Source: Lingula anatina
Lineage: Eukaryota > Animalia > Brachiopoda
DNA: 64,000 nt
Assembly: GCA_051362555.1 (NCBI GenBank)
Contig: CM120649.1
Span: 7,936,001-8,000,000 of the forward strand
Direction of reading: 5' to 3'
The notes beneath the pieces were generated by a model that worked only from the letters and a program-made list of their open reading frames with translations, did no database searches and had not been told where the DNA came from. Both the position numbers and the translations under genes were made by a program. Of the stretch, positions 22,959 to 33,755 are shown piece after piece. The first letter of the stretch is position 1. Each line of letters starts with the position of its first letter.

Positions 22959-23526
22959 TGTTAAGTCTCAATCTTCGTCGGTTAGACTTTACAAGAAAAC
23001 AATGTAACGTTCGTTAACGCGCCGGTTCTTGGGCCTTGTTGTTGTGCGCCCAGCTAATCAAGTCAAATGAATAAGATTCCTCTTTGATGCACGTGGAAAT
23101 TTAATACGGTCTTTTGGAAAATATACATAGATTTCGTTTTTACATAGTAACTGACAGTTCAAAAGGTATAACGATATCGTCAGGCCAAAACACGATATGC
23201 CCTCACCTTAGAAGAGGGCAGCCTTTATAGATCATTCAGGAATTTTAATAATCCAGGAAGACGTACACTTGACTGAGCGCAGTCCTTTCGTCTCCGGCTC
23301 TGCCTCCACTCAGTCACCGTGTTTCCTGGATCATTCCCACCCCTCTCAGCCTTCAAAGGCATTCCTGAATTTATCTCCGGTTATCATCATTCCTGAATGT
23401 CTATTGACTGTCCCCTTCTAAGTTTATCTTAAGATTATTTTAATTTTAAACGTCCACGTTACTTTACGATTATTTTAATTTTAAACGTCCCCGTCACTTC
23501 TAAAATACCCAAAGTGGTATTTTACA
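22959..23526 (-). repeat. 5' LTR
   Basis: Matches 12799-13366 except at two substitutions; followed by TSD AGGC. Confidence 0.95.
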
Positions 23527-23691
23527 AGGCATTTAAGCCGGCCAAGATGACAACAATTTAGTGAGACTCCCCAGAGAGATAGATCGATCCAAATATCTGT
23601 GGGAATGGTCCCTATAATACAGGCCCTGATGCCAGTTGAACTTTGGTTTTTAATTACTTACAGGTATGCCTACGTTTATGGTATAAATAAT

Positions 23692-24610
23692 GGCATATAC
23701 CGTTGCTGCGAATGGCACCCCATACATGTACAGAACCACCCCCTCCAGCTATTGTTTCCTGGATATTTTCATTTAACAGCCTCTCCCCAGGGAGCCTACG
23801 TACTCTCATAGCTGGAGGAGGTGGTTCTGTATATGTTTGGGGTGCCATTTGCAGCAACGGTATTTGCCCATTGCTTCTCTGGATGAAAACCTTAACGCTG
23901 CCAGATACAGAGACATTCTCCAGCAGTACCTGGAGCCGTTCGCAAGAGGAATATACAGAGACAAGTTTAGATTGCAACATGACAATCCAACTCCCCAAAC
24001 AGACCGCTCAATTGCTGACTATATTCGAAAAAACAACATTCAGCCGATGCCACAGCCAGCAAGAAGCCCAGGTGCAAACCCAATTGAGCACATGTGGGAC
24101 GAACTTGGTCGTGCCATTCAGAGGAGAAACGTGCCCCCTGCAAATCTAGATGAACTGCGAGATGCCCTGCAAGATGAATGGACCAGAATTCCTCTTCAAA
24201 GAGCTGTAACTCTAGTTCACAGTATGCCACGCCGTCTGGCGGCCATAATCCAAGCTCGGGGTGGGCATGCCCGCTATTTAGATTAATAATGAACTCTGAA
24301 GATGTTTCTTGACAATATCCCCTAATTTCATATTAATTGTCAATCACAGTATACATTTATGTTTAATTTTTCACTTGGTACTGTTATGCAAAAAAAGTAC
24401 TCTTTTTGGGGGCATGAGAAAAAATACCCTAAATAAATTTACGCTTTTTTCACATTTGCATTGTTTGTTTCTCCTTGACTTTACCAATCCTCCAGCTTCA
24501 CATATTTAACAATATAAACAGTATTAATTTGATAATAACAATAATAATGAAAGAAACAGGGCAATATGCCTCCCAAAATTTCCGTGTACCAACCATTTTG
24601 GGCAAGAGTG
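23692..24610 (+). mobile_element. 5'-deleted Tc1/mariner element (DD34E-type transposase remnant)
   Basis: GGGSVYVWGAI...QHDN...PARSPGANPIEHMWDEL motifs with a frameshift. The right TIR ends ...GGCAAGAGTG followed by TA. The left part is lost and replaced by an inverted transposase segment. Confidence 0.88.
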
Positions 24611-25390
24611 TATATACTGTAAATGTATTGCCGACTATTTTGTTAGTTTGCATGCATTAATGTTGTTGTTGTTGCATTATTTTCGGCAGATCACCTTTTT
24701 GCATGAAGCACTGGTTTATATGATCTTGTGTAGCATTCCTCCTCCCGAAAAAATGTCTGCATGTGGTGGTTATATTCCTACTACATGCACTGCATATTTC
24801 AGTCTGGGATGGTTTTGTATCACTGATAATAAAATACTACTGTGTTCTGGTTTCAACACAGAATTTTGGTATGTACAAGTATACTAAATTACAACCTTGG
24901 CGTATACAAGTATACTAATTTGATCTTTCAGGATACTTAGGCTGGGACTTCTTTCACCGTTGGTATCAGAACGGAGGCACAGGCGAGAACTGTCTGTTGT
25001 TGTATGCTCCCCGCAAATATCTGTGGCATGACGAGCCTTGCAGCTTTAAGGCACATTCTATTTGTGAAATTGAAAATTAAGCACCTTGATGTGTTAACAG
25101 TTTGTGTGCAGAGTCTACTAACGTATTAAAAAAGAAGTTGTTCATGTAGATGTAAAGCACCATGTACGAACTTGTTATGATCTATATTTACTCCATTTTT
25201 CAAAATTCTGCATCTGTCACATGACGAAAAATAAATTTCTTTGGAACAGCTTCTCTGATAAGATTACAGAATTCAAGCCTCATAACGATATACACATATC
25301 GAACCATCCGTTCTCTTGTCAAACATTGGATCCAGTTCTCGTCGTTGCTACCTATAAGACCCATGGCACATGGGTACGAGTTACTACCAA

Positions 25391-25846
25391 GATCCCGTTC
25401 CCATACCTAAATCAATCTAGCAGGGGTTTCTCGCTAAATTTCACTCAGCCTAAGCGGCTGTTATGTCTGGCACGCCTACTGAAGGTGGGGGTAAATATCT
25501 ATCGTTTAGCATCTTCAGTAGGCGTGCCAGACATCTAAGCTGCTTAAGCTTAGTGTAATTTAGAGAGAATCTACACGGAGGTGGGTCGATTTTGCTAGAT
25601 CGATCTAGGTATGGGAATGGGGTCTAAATTATACTGTCATTCTACGAAGATCGATCCGTCTCTGCGGAGACTCTTGCTGAATGCAATGAGATTAATAGAT
25701 TAACAGTGATTATACGAGTAAAGGTACTAGTAAGTTGGAAACAAAAGGAGGCGTATTTATCTTTTATACTGATTGCATTCAGAGTCCCCGAAGAGTTGGA
25801 TCAATGTACTTGTGCGTAGAACGATAGTTTATTTGGGAACGGGCCT
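25391..25846. mobile_element. Two adjacent palindromic Harbinger-type MITEs
   Basis: 25391-25624: GATCCCGTTCCCATACCT...AGGTATGGGAATGGGGTC|TAA. A second, more diverged GATCGATC-type palindrome runs to about 25846. Confidence 0.6.
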
Positions 25847-26364
25847 TAATATACACGCGGTACAGTAGTATCCACATTGACATAATTTACCTCAGCAGGC
25901 CTCGTGATACTATAACGGTTTTGAACCCGGATAAGGCTCTCTAACAGCTGACTTCTTCACTTCAAGTTGTGGACACTTATGTGCTACACAGGGATGGCTA
26001 CTTAAGCTAGCGTCCCGACGGTCTTATAATGAACTGGCACAGGGATTAATATGCCTTAAATGATGGCAAAATGGCTATTTCTGTGTCCACTCCCGCAACA
26101 AAATAAAGATATGTACATTTAAATAAGTAAATAAATGAATAAACGAAATTATATAAATCAGAAATAAACCTCAAACTAACAAATCAAGAGTTGTGATTTT
26201 ACTTGTAATATTGTAATTTTTTTTTTTTTTTTTTTTATTTTTTTTATTCACAAAAAGACAAACAAAAATACATATGTAGACACACACACAAACACACACA
26301 CACAATAACACACAAGACATTCATTATACATTAAGTAAACATGAAATATATGTAGATAGTCAGA

Positions 26365-29300
26365 CTACGTACAAAACAGTATATTACAAGTGATGCTGCA
26401 CATAACAAGATACAAACATTTAACATAGAAGAAATTTGCGAAAAAGTAAAGTAAATTTATGAGTGGAGAATCTAGGCAAAAATAGAATCCTAGGTTCTCC
26501 ACTCTGTAAGAAAAAGGCCTAATTGAAGGTTTTTTTGAGAAACGTATTTTTCTAATTCGAATTTTTTTTTTGATGTATAAGAGAAGGGAAGGGAAGGTCG
26601 GCTGGATTTTTCTTTTAAAACAGGTATATATATAAAATTTGGAGACAAGAATAATGTAATTTAGAGGCTTGAATTTTGTTTTGGATACTCCAAAAATTAT
26701 ATTTTCATCATATAGTGTAATTCTTTCACCAGTTTTGTTAGCAATCAAACGTTCCATTTCAGTCCAAATGTTTCTTATTCGATAACAATTTAAAAATACA
26801 TGTCGCAAATCTTCCCTCTCTGCTCCACAAATAAAGCATTTCTCTGACACCTCAATACCGATTCTTTTCAGATATGACCTAACTGGTAAGATTCTAAAAA
26901 TTATTCTGTATTGGAACCACTGAAGTTTTGTTTCTCGTGTAACAAAGAAACAATTCTTGTAAACATACTTCCAAGTGATATTTATATTTAGATCTAGGTT
27001 CCATTTCCTTTCGTGTACCAAGTTTTCAGGAGTTTCACTCATGAGAACCTGATAAAAATCTTTACAGCCATTTCGACTCTTTATAAGTAGCTGAACCGGC
27101 TGAGGAATATAAGGAAATAAAATTTCTTCAAAAATTTCTTCATTGTTCTTTTCTTTTAATCTACATTTTAAACTGTTACGTATTCCAAAATATTTTAAAT
27201 CACATACTCTTTGAAATCCAAATTTCCTTTCCAGTTCAGCTTTGGTTAAAAATTTTCCTTCGTTGAAAAGATCGCCAATTATTCTTATACCCTTATTGTA
27301 CCATTCTTTGTCCAATAATGATACCCCACCCAATTTTACTTTACTATTATACCACAGAGGTTCAAGAGCAATATTGCTTTTCATATTTTCTATACCGTAT
27401 GTTAGTTCTTTCCAGGAGATAATGACATCTCTCCAAAACCTGTTATTGCAATTGCATAAGAGTATATCCAAATATTCATTTCCATAGTCAAATATATTCC
27501 AAATAGATTGTAAATCAAAGGTGCTCTGGAGAATAGTGTTATAAACGTTATTTTTAAGGTATAGTCTTCTTATCCATGTACATTTTAATGCCGTTATGAA
27601 CTTACTTAAGTCTGTCATTTTTAGACCACCATATTCATAATCCTTTACTATCTGACCTCTCTTTACCTTATCAATTTTGCTACCCCAGATGAATCGGAAA
27701 AAAATAGAATTTAGTTTTTTGATGAATACTAGATCTGGATTTGGCAGAGAAATGAAAAGATGGTTCAGCATTGGGATGATAAGGGTTTTTAAGATAGTAA
27801 TTCTACCAATAGGGGTAAGTATTCTTCTATTCCAATGCCGAATCATACCCTCTATCTTCGGGATTTGTTTATTAAAGTTTAAAGTGACCATATCGTTTAA
27901 ATTTACCGAAAATTCTATACCTAAGAGATTAAATTGCGTCGAACCCCATTCAAGTTTCCATCTAACGTGGTGAAAAACTTCCCGACTATATTTTCTTGAG
28001 CCAATCCACACTGGTTTAGTCTTACTATTGTTGATATGGAGACCTGAAATTTTTGAGAAATAGTCTAATGTACGGAAAGATTCTAAGAAAGAAGACCTAT
28101 TACCATCTAATATAAGGGTGGTGTCATCAGCATACTGGGTTATTTTAAATTCGGTGTCACCAAGTTTTATTCCGCAAATATTTTCATTATTCTTTATCAT
28201 GATTGCGAGAATCTCAGCACAAAGGAGAAAGATATAAGGAGACAAGGGGTCCCCTTGACGACAGCCCCTCGAGATTTTGAAAGGCTCCGACAAGTGGTCG
28301 TTTTGTGTAACAGAGGCCTTGCTATTGTAATTAAGGATATGAAACCACCTTTTTATAGTTTCCCCAAAGTTAAAAAAGTCTAAAACTTTATCAATAAAAC
28401 CCCAGTCTACAGAATCAAAGGCCTTTTCAAAATCGATAAGAATGAGTAAAGCAGGAATATTTTTCTTTTCTGCGATATGCATTAGATCATAAATTAATCT
28501 TGTATTTTCCCCAATATATCTTCCGGCAATAAACCCGGACTGAGAATTAGAAATAATTTTATCAAGATAGAGTTTCATTCTTTCCGCTATACAGCCCGAG
28601 ATCATCTTATAAATAACATTTAAAAGGGTTATAGGCCTCCAATTTTTTATAAATTTTCTGATTTTATCGGCTTTTGGAATACAGGTTATAATCCCAAGAT
28701 TTTGACTTGCCATCATTTTCTCCTTGATAAAAATTTCATTAACTGCTCTAATTATAAAACTATGTAAATCATTCCAAAAAAATTTATAAAACTCTGCAGT
28801 AAAGCCATCAGATCCAGGCGATTTGTTATTTTTCATTTTTTTCAGCACCCTCAAAAGTTCCTTTGAGGTAATTTCGGTTTGCAAGTATTCCTTATCAGGC
28901 TCGCTTAATTTGGGGACATCTAAATTTGCAAAAATTAATTCTAGGTCTACCTCTTCTAATTGATTAGTTTTTGACGAGTAAAGGCGTTCGTAAAATAACT
29001 TTGCTTCATTTAATATGAGTTTTTGATCAAATATTGTAGTTCCGTCTGGTAGTTCTAAATTCTGAATAGTTTTATTGACATAATTTCTGGATTCAAGTGA
29101 ACAAAAATATTTCGTAGGCTTCTCTCCTTCCTCAATCCACCTGCATTTTGCTCGGACGAGGACTCCTTTTAGTTTTTCTTGTCTGATATTTTTCAAAGCC
29201 TCCCTCTTAGCCTCAAGTTCGTCCAAAGAATTTTCATTTGGGTGGTACATTTCCATTACATTAATTTCTCTTTCTAGTTCTAATTCTTTCCTGTCCCTTT

Positions 29301-30270
29301 GTTTTTTCTTGAAAGTGGAATAGGAAATTGTCATTCCTCTAATTTCCATTAAAAGCATTTCTAAAAATAAGGAGTCATCAATCGTGAAAGATATTTGTTC
29401 GTTCGGAATTTCTGTAATATTTTCTTCGGCGTACACCGGAACTGCATATTGTAGTTTTGTTCTCTTAATTATGTCCTTCACTTTACTTACATATTCCTTA
29501 TCTTTTAAGAGGGAACTGTTAAATACCCAAGTGCCTTTGCCCTTAATAAATTTATTAAGCTTTAATTCTAAAATTACGGGTGAATGATCGGATCGGTATG
29601 ATGCCTTAATAAAAATATTAGAAACTGAATTTTGAAGGTTATCCGCAATTAAAAAGAAATCTAGTCTAGCCTGCCTTCTAGGATTCCTTCTTCTCCATGT
29701 GAATCTCCTCTCGTCAGGGTAGAGAAGTCTGAAATAGTCAATTATATTTAGGTCATTCATAACTTCAAGTAGTTTTTGCCTAGCTCTAGGGTTATTCACA
29801 TTTGCATAATTTTCTGTGTCTATATCCGGGTTTAAAGTCAGGTTAAAGTCACCACAGATCAAGAAATTTTCATTATCAAAGTCTATGATTATATCTCGTA
29901 CCTGTTCATAAAAATCTGGAGTATCCCTGTTCGGGCCATAAATGTTGATTAATGTGAATCTATTTTTTTCTATATTTACATCAAGAGCTAAAAGATTGCC
30001 GTCGTTTGTTTTAAATTCCTTAAGGTACTCGAATTCAAAATTATTATTTATCAAAATTGCAACACCCCGAGAGTTAGTAGAAAAGAAATTAAAATATGCT
30101 TTGTAACCCCATTCTGATAAGATTCTTTTTTCATCATGGCTGTCAAAATGGGTATCCTGCAAACATACTATATGATATTTCTTTGATCTGTAAAAGTGAA
30201 AAATATCTCTTCTCTTTGTAGAGTCTCTCAGGCCCTGACAGTTAATAGAAGCGATCTTAATTGAACTCAT
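26365..30270 (-). CDS. LINE ORF2p: APE endonuclease + reverse transcriptase + C-terminal zinc finger
   Basis: SINCQGL, GDFN and SDH endonuclease motifs; GCRQGDPLSP and YADD RT motifs; C-x2-C...H-x4-C. Likely start MSSIKIAS at 30270. A probable 1-nt slip in the A-run near 26565 alters the last about 25 codons. Confidence 0.92.
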   Translation of the reverse strand: MSSIKIASINCQGLRDSTKRRDIFHFYRSKKYHIVCLQDTHFDSHDEKRILSEWGYKAYFNFFSTNSRGVAILINNNFEFEYLKEFKTNDGNLLALDVNIEKNRFTLINIYGPNRDTPDFYEQVRDIIIDFDNENFLICGDFNLTLNPDIDTENYANVNNPRARQKLLEVMNDLNIIDYFRLLYPDERRFTWRRRNPRRQARLDFFLIADNLQNSVSNIFIKASYRSDHSPVILELKLNKFIKGKGTWVFNSSLLKDKEYVSKVKDIIKRTKLQYAVPVYAEENITEIPNEQISFTIDDSLFLEMLLMEIRGMTISYSTFKKKQRDRKELELEREINVMEMYHPNENSLDELEAKREALKNIRQEKLKGVLVRAKCRWIEEGEKPTKYFCSLESRNYVNKTIQNLELPDGTTIFDQKLILNEAKLFYERLYSSKTNQLEEVDLELIFANLDVPKLSEPDKEYLQTEITSKELLRVLKKMKNNKSPGSDGFTAEFYKFFWNDLHSFIIRAVNEIFIKEKMMASQNLGIITCIPKADKIRKFIKNWRPITLLNVIYKMISGCIAERMKLYLDKIISNSQSGFIAGRYIGENTRLIYDLMHIAEKKNIPALLILIDFEKAFDSVDWGFIDKVLDFFNFGETIKRWFHILNYNSKASVTQNDHLSEPFKISRGCRQGDPLSPYIFLLCAEILAIMIKNNENICGIKLGDTEFKITQYADDTTLILDGNRSSFLESFRTLDYFSKISGLHINNSKTKPVWIGSRKYSREVFHHVRWKLEWGSTQFNLLGIEFSVNLNDMVTLNFNKQIPKIEGMIRHWNRRILTPIGRITILKTLIIPMLNHLFISLPNPDLVFIKKLNSIFFRFIWGSKIDKVKRGQIVKDYEYGGLKMTDLSKFITALKCTWIRRLYLKNNVYNTILQSTFDLQSIWNIFDYGNEYLDILLCNCNNRFWRDVIISWKELTYGIENMKSNIALEPLWYNSKVKLGGVSLLDKEWYNKGIRIIGDLFNEGKFLTKAELERKFGFQRVCDLKYFGIRNSLKCRLKEKNNEEIFEEILFPYIPQPVQLLIKSRNGCKDFYQVLMSETPENLVHERKWNLDLNINITWKYVYKNCFFVTRETKLQWFQYRIIFRILPVRSYLKRIGIEVSEKCFICGAEREDLRHVFLNCYRIRNIWTEMERLIANKTGERITLYDENIIFGVSKTKFKPLNYIILVSKFYIYTCFKRKIQPTFPSLLLYIKKKIRIRKIRFSKKPSIRPFSYRVENLGFYFCLDSPLINLLYFFANFFYVKCLYLVMCSITCNILFCT

Positions 30271-30853
30271 GCTAAGTGGTAAAAAAACATAAAACACTGC
30301 TATTCACGGGCATACGATGATTAGGTACATTTTTATGTTATTCCAAGAGAATATGCTCGAGTACAGCAATGATAGTATGACTGAGAGAAGTATTCTAACA
30401 GGCCGTGATATACAGGTACATGTAAGAGTGTTCTTTTCTTCACAATAGAACAAAGCTAGGAAGCTAACAGTGAGCATCTCATAGTAATGTGCTACCAACC
30501 ATAATTTTACGCAAGCATACACAATCACACACACACGCATGAATGAATAATTTCTATACCCTTGCACAGGGAACATAATAGATACAGTACAACCGGAGTG
30601 ATATCTACTCGGGTCTTGCAGCTCAAGCTGTGTCAGTCAACCAGATAATAGTCATCAAGGAGAAAGTAATCTGAAAAATATTAGATACAATAAATATACA
30701 TATGGCTACTATATTACATTATTGGTAAATTAAACACAGTGTATTCTTCAGGTAGAAGAAGCAATAAGTTATAGTTATTTCGTTAACCAAAGTTCATAAG
30801 TACCCCCTGTACACTGTATTCAGTCTACTGTTTACATTGTAAATGTAGGTGGA

Positions 30854-31414
30854 TTATGAGCCACGATACTTCTTTATTTTTTCTTCTATATTGTCAAAAA
30901 GGTCAAATTTTATTCTTTTCCCAGTGGACTTTTGAGCATAAACTCCTCCATTGTAGAACCAGACATAGTCCACTAATCCAGTCTGCCTTATTTTGGACAT
31001 AAGGGCCAGGTTTCTTTGGGTAATATCATCGTAGAGCCTCACACTTGATTGTATTTCCTTTTTCTTGGTCATAATTGATCTTTTTATGTCATTATTTCTC
31101 AATTTTACAATGACTGGTGGATGTTGTCCCTCTCTGCCTGGGATTCTATGAATAGCAGTTATATCATGGGGGTCCAGTTCAATGTTGATTTCTTTCTTGA
31201 GAAATTCAGGGAAGTCACGTCTTAAATTTTCTTTGTTGCGAGGGGGGAAGTGTAGAACTCTTACATTTAATTTTCTGAGTATTGCTCGTTGTGGTTACTT
31301 TGTTTAATTGCTTCAGTTGATCTAGTATGATTTTGAACGACCCTTTCCTCTAGATCTTTTAATTTCTTTTCTTTATCATTCAGTTTCTCTTTGAGGTTTT
31401 CATTTTCCAGCAAA
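30854..31414 (-). pseudogene. LINE ORF1p remnant (coiled coil + RRM-like)
   Basis: LKEKLNDKEKEIKDLEERV...NEQYS(frameshift)KLNVRV...AIHRIPG...PVIVKL pattern of L1-type ORF1. Confidence 0.75.
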
Positions 31415-31870
31415 TTGTAATATTGTAATTTATTCTATGGACGTTTTCTATCTCTTTTAACTATAAATACTATTACATTTCCATAGAAAAATGTCCTCTG
31501 ACAGAGCCACATAACTTGTGCCTAATGACGACATACCGGCTTAAATTTTGAAGTCAGTAACTCGATTTCTTATCAAAGATAAGGCACCACATTTTGCTCC
31601 AGATTTTTCATACTGCAGAGTTACACGAATGCCGCATGCACAGTGATCGCACCTTTCAAAGAAATAACTGTGATCACAAAGGGGTATCTGCATGTTTACA
31701 TTTACTACTTAGCTTCACAGGTCATATTGGTCACGTGGGTATGAGGCCATTTACTTTGGTTTTACCTTATAAGGGTGCAAGATTTGAGAAATGTCACGTG
31801 GGGGGCACCTTGTTACAATAAAAAACCGCCCCCAGCAACACGCTGCGCTTACGTGTCTCGCTTCGTCAAG

Positions 31871-33294
31871 ATGTCTGTGCCACCAATGTGTCTCTTGACC
31901 ACGGTTTTAGCTCTATTGGGCACTTTTGTCAAGTCAGCAGCTGCAGAAGACCTTGGAGTCCTTTCCTTAAAAGACGGCACTAGTGATGTACGCTCAAAGG
32001 TGGATGCCATTAGAGCCAAGACTTCAGAACTGAACGAGCTCCTGTCGTCTGTGCAAACTAGTCTTGAAACCTGCCTTGATGAAACGACAATAGGCGAGTT
32101 ACGCTAATCTATCAGTTTATTCTTCAGTAATTTACATATGTATTCCATCATTTATTTTGTGTTGTCAGTATTCTAAAATATTTTAAAGGAATTTTAACTC
32201 ATTTTTAAGTAAAATGTCTGCGTACAAAATCTTGCTTTATTGCATTTGTCAAATTACTCTTAACCCGGATATCACGTCCACGTTTGAGAAACCATTCTGT
32301 AATCTCGTGAACTGATTCCGGTTCTCCGTGATAGAGAGTCCGCTTCCCATTCAATTGTATAGGAAAGTCTAGCCCTAGATATTTTACCCACTTAGATCAG
32401 GCTAACCCTAACCATGATAACTAAATAGAGGGCGGGTTTTCTGTTACATGGACCTACAGTTTCGTTTCACCAGGACGAGCAAAATGCAGCATTTCTCTCT
32501 GATACAGAATTCCAGGACGAAGAAAAGAGGGTCGTGGCCTGATTATCTTATTAAATATTGCATGAAGTTTGATAGGAATTGGGCACTATTCCCGTGAAAG
32601 AAACACCTCTACCTCTGTGCTTCAGCAATTAAATAGATGTAATTTATAAAAAATACAGAAATAAGATTTGAATTTAATTTTTTGTTATTTGCATACAGAA
32701 TACATATTTCATTGAATCTTTTTTGGATTCTTCTCTCTAATTTTAACAGATGTCCAGTGTGCATCTGGCTTTGAGAAGTTCCAACGCTCGTGCTACAAGT
32801 TTGTGAGAGAGGAGAAGACGTGGCAACAGGCACAGAATGAATGTCGTACCACGGGGGCGAACCTGGTGTCCATTAAGTCTTGGGAAGAACAGAAGTTTAT
32901 CTTGGACCACATAGCCGCCCACAAAGGTGACAGACGCTATTTCAACATTATCAGTTTATAAGGAGACAGAATGTTTTTAAGTTACATCTATACAGGCCCT
33001 AATGCCGGTTGAATTTTGGTTTTGAAATAATTATGCCTACGTTTCCGGCATAAACAATCTTTACCATAATTTTTTTTTATTTAGTTGATACTTTTTCGTT
33101 TTTGTAAAATTAGGGTTGCACGACATTAGTTTAGTGCGTTATGCATTGTTATCTATTGCAGACCTGTTCCCGAGTTCTCATGGCTTTCACGCTGGAGCAA
33201 CAGACGCGGCAATGGAAGGGATTTGGCAGTGACGGATCTTTAGTCCAAGGTGAGATATAGCATAGCGTTTCATTGGTTTCATCAGTTATCATTC

Positions 33295-33328
<34 letters not shown>

Positions 33329-33755
33329 ATATGTGTTGTCAACTGTTTAGTTGGTTTGCATGCATTCATATTTTATTGTTGTTGTCACATAATTTTGGGC
33401 AGATCACCCTTTTTCAAGGTTTTGGTTTATATCATCTTGTGTAGCCTTCCTCCTCCCTGAAAGTTGTCTGCAGCGATGATGTGGTGGTTATATTCCTACT
33501 ACATATACTTCATAGTTCAATTTGGGATGGTTGTGTATCACTATTAATTAAAAGACTAATCAGGGGGGTTACAACACAGAACTCTGTCGTATACAAGACT
33601 GATATTATCTTTCAGGATACCTAGGCTGGGACTTCTTTAATCCTGGGCACCAGAACGGAGGCACAGGCCAGAACTGTCTGCTGCTGCATGCTCCTCGAAA
33701 ATATCTGTGGCATGACGAACCCTGCAGCAGCAAGATTTGTGAAATTGAAAATTGA
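31871..33755 (+). pseudogene. C-type lectin copy 2; exons 31871..32093, 32750..32926, 33162..33249, 33616..33755
   Basis: An 8-nt deletion in exon 3 creates TGA at 33230. Exon 4 has a 9-nt deletion, exon 1 ends at a GC donor, and the TATA box is mutated to CAATAAAA. Confidence 0.88.

Larger units (their letters stand above)
12799..23526 (-). mobile_element. Full-length env-bearing Ty3/Gypsy (Metaviridae, errantivirus-like) provirus
   Basis: 568-bp TG...CA LTRs at 12799-13366 and 22959-23526 differ at 2 positions. 4-bp TSD AGGC. gag-pol-env lie on the minus strand, antisense to the host lectin. Confidence 0.95.
12631..23612. mobile_element. Harbinger-type MITE split by the Gypsy insertion (halves 12631-12798 and 23527-23612)
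   Basis: The two halves are inverted partners (GTCTCACTAAATT / AATTTAGTGAGAC). The empty site TTACATCTA|TACAGGCCCT is seen in copy 2 intron 2. Confidence 0.75.
11651..25080 (+). pseudogene. C-type lectin copy 1 (perlucin-like); exons 11651..11867, 12389..12565, 24932..25080; exon 3 deleted
   Basis: Signal/neck exon, CTLD exon 2 (CASGFEKFQRSCY...) and exon 4 (WHDEPC...ICEIEN*) are intact. The 96-nt exon 3 present in all other complete copies is absent, replaced by a Tc1 fragment. Intron 2 carries about 11 kb of nested insertions. Confidence 0.85.
26220..31414 (-). mobile_element. L1/Tx1-clade non-LTR retrotransposon, 5'-truncated within ORF1
   Basis: TSD TTGTAATATTGTAATTT (26203-26219 / 31415-31431). 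AATAAA is immediately followed by poly(A) on the minus strand. ORF1 remnant plus full ORF2. Confidence 0.92.

Noticed and set aside
20261-22960. Long-range complementarity (CAATGGGGAATACC / GGTATTCCCCATTG) suggesting a self-priming or U5-AUG-type pairing in a 2.7-kb 5' UTR
   Set aside because: Better explained as the TIRs plus AT TSD of an ISL2EU insertion. THAP-DDE and SAP/YqaJ relics lie inside, and a normal TGG PBS is restored on removal.
32094-32099. GC-AG intron in lectin copy 2 as regulated non-canonical splicing
   Set aside because: Copy 2 has a frameshift and a broken TATA box; GT>GC is more simply pseudogene decay.
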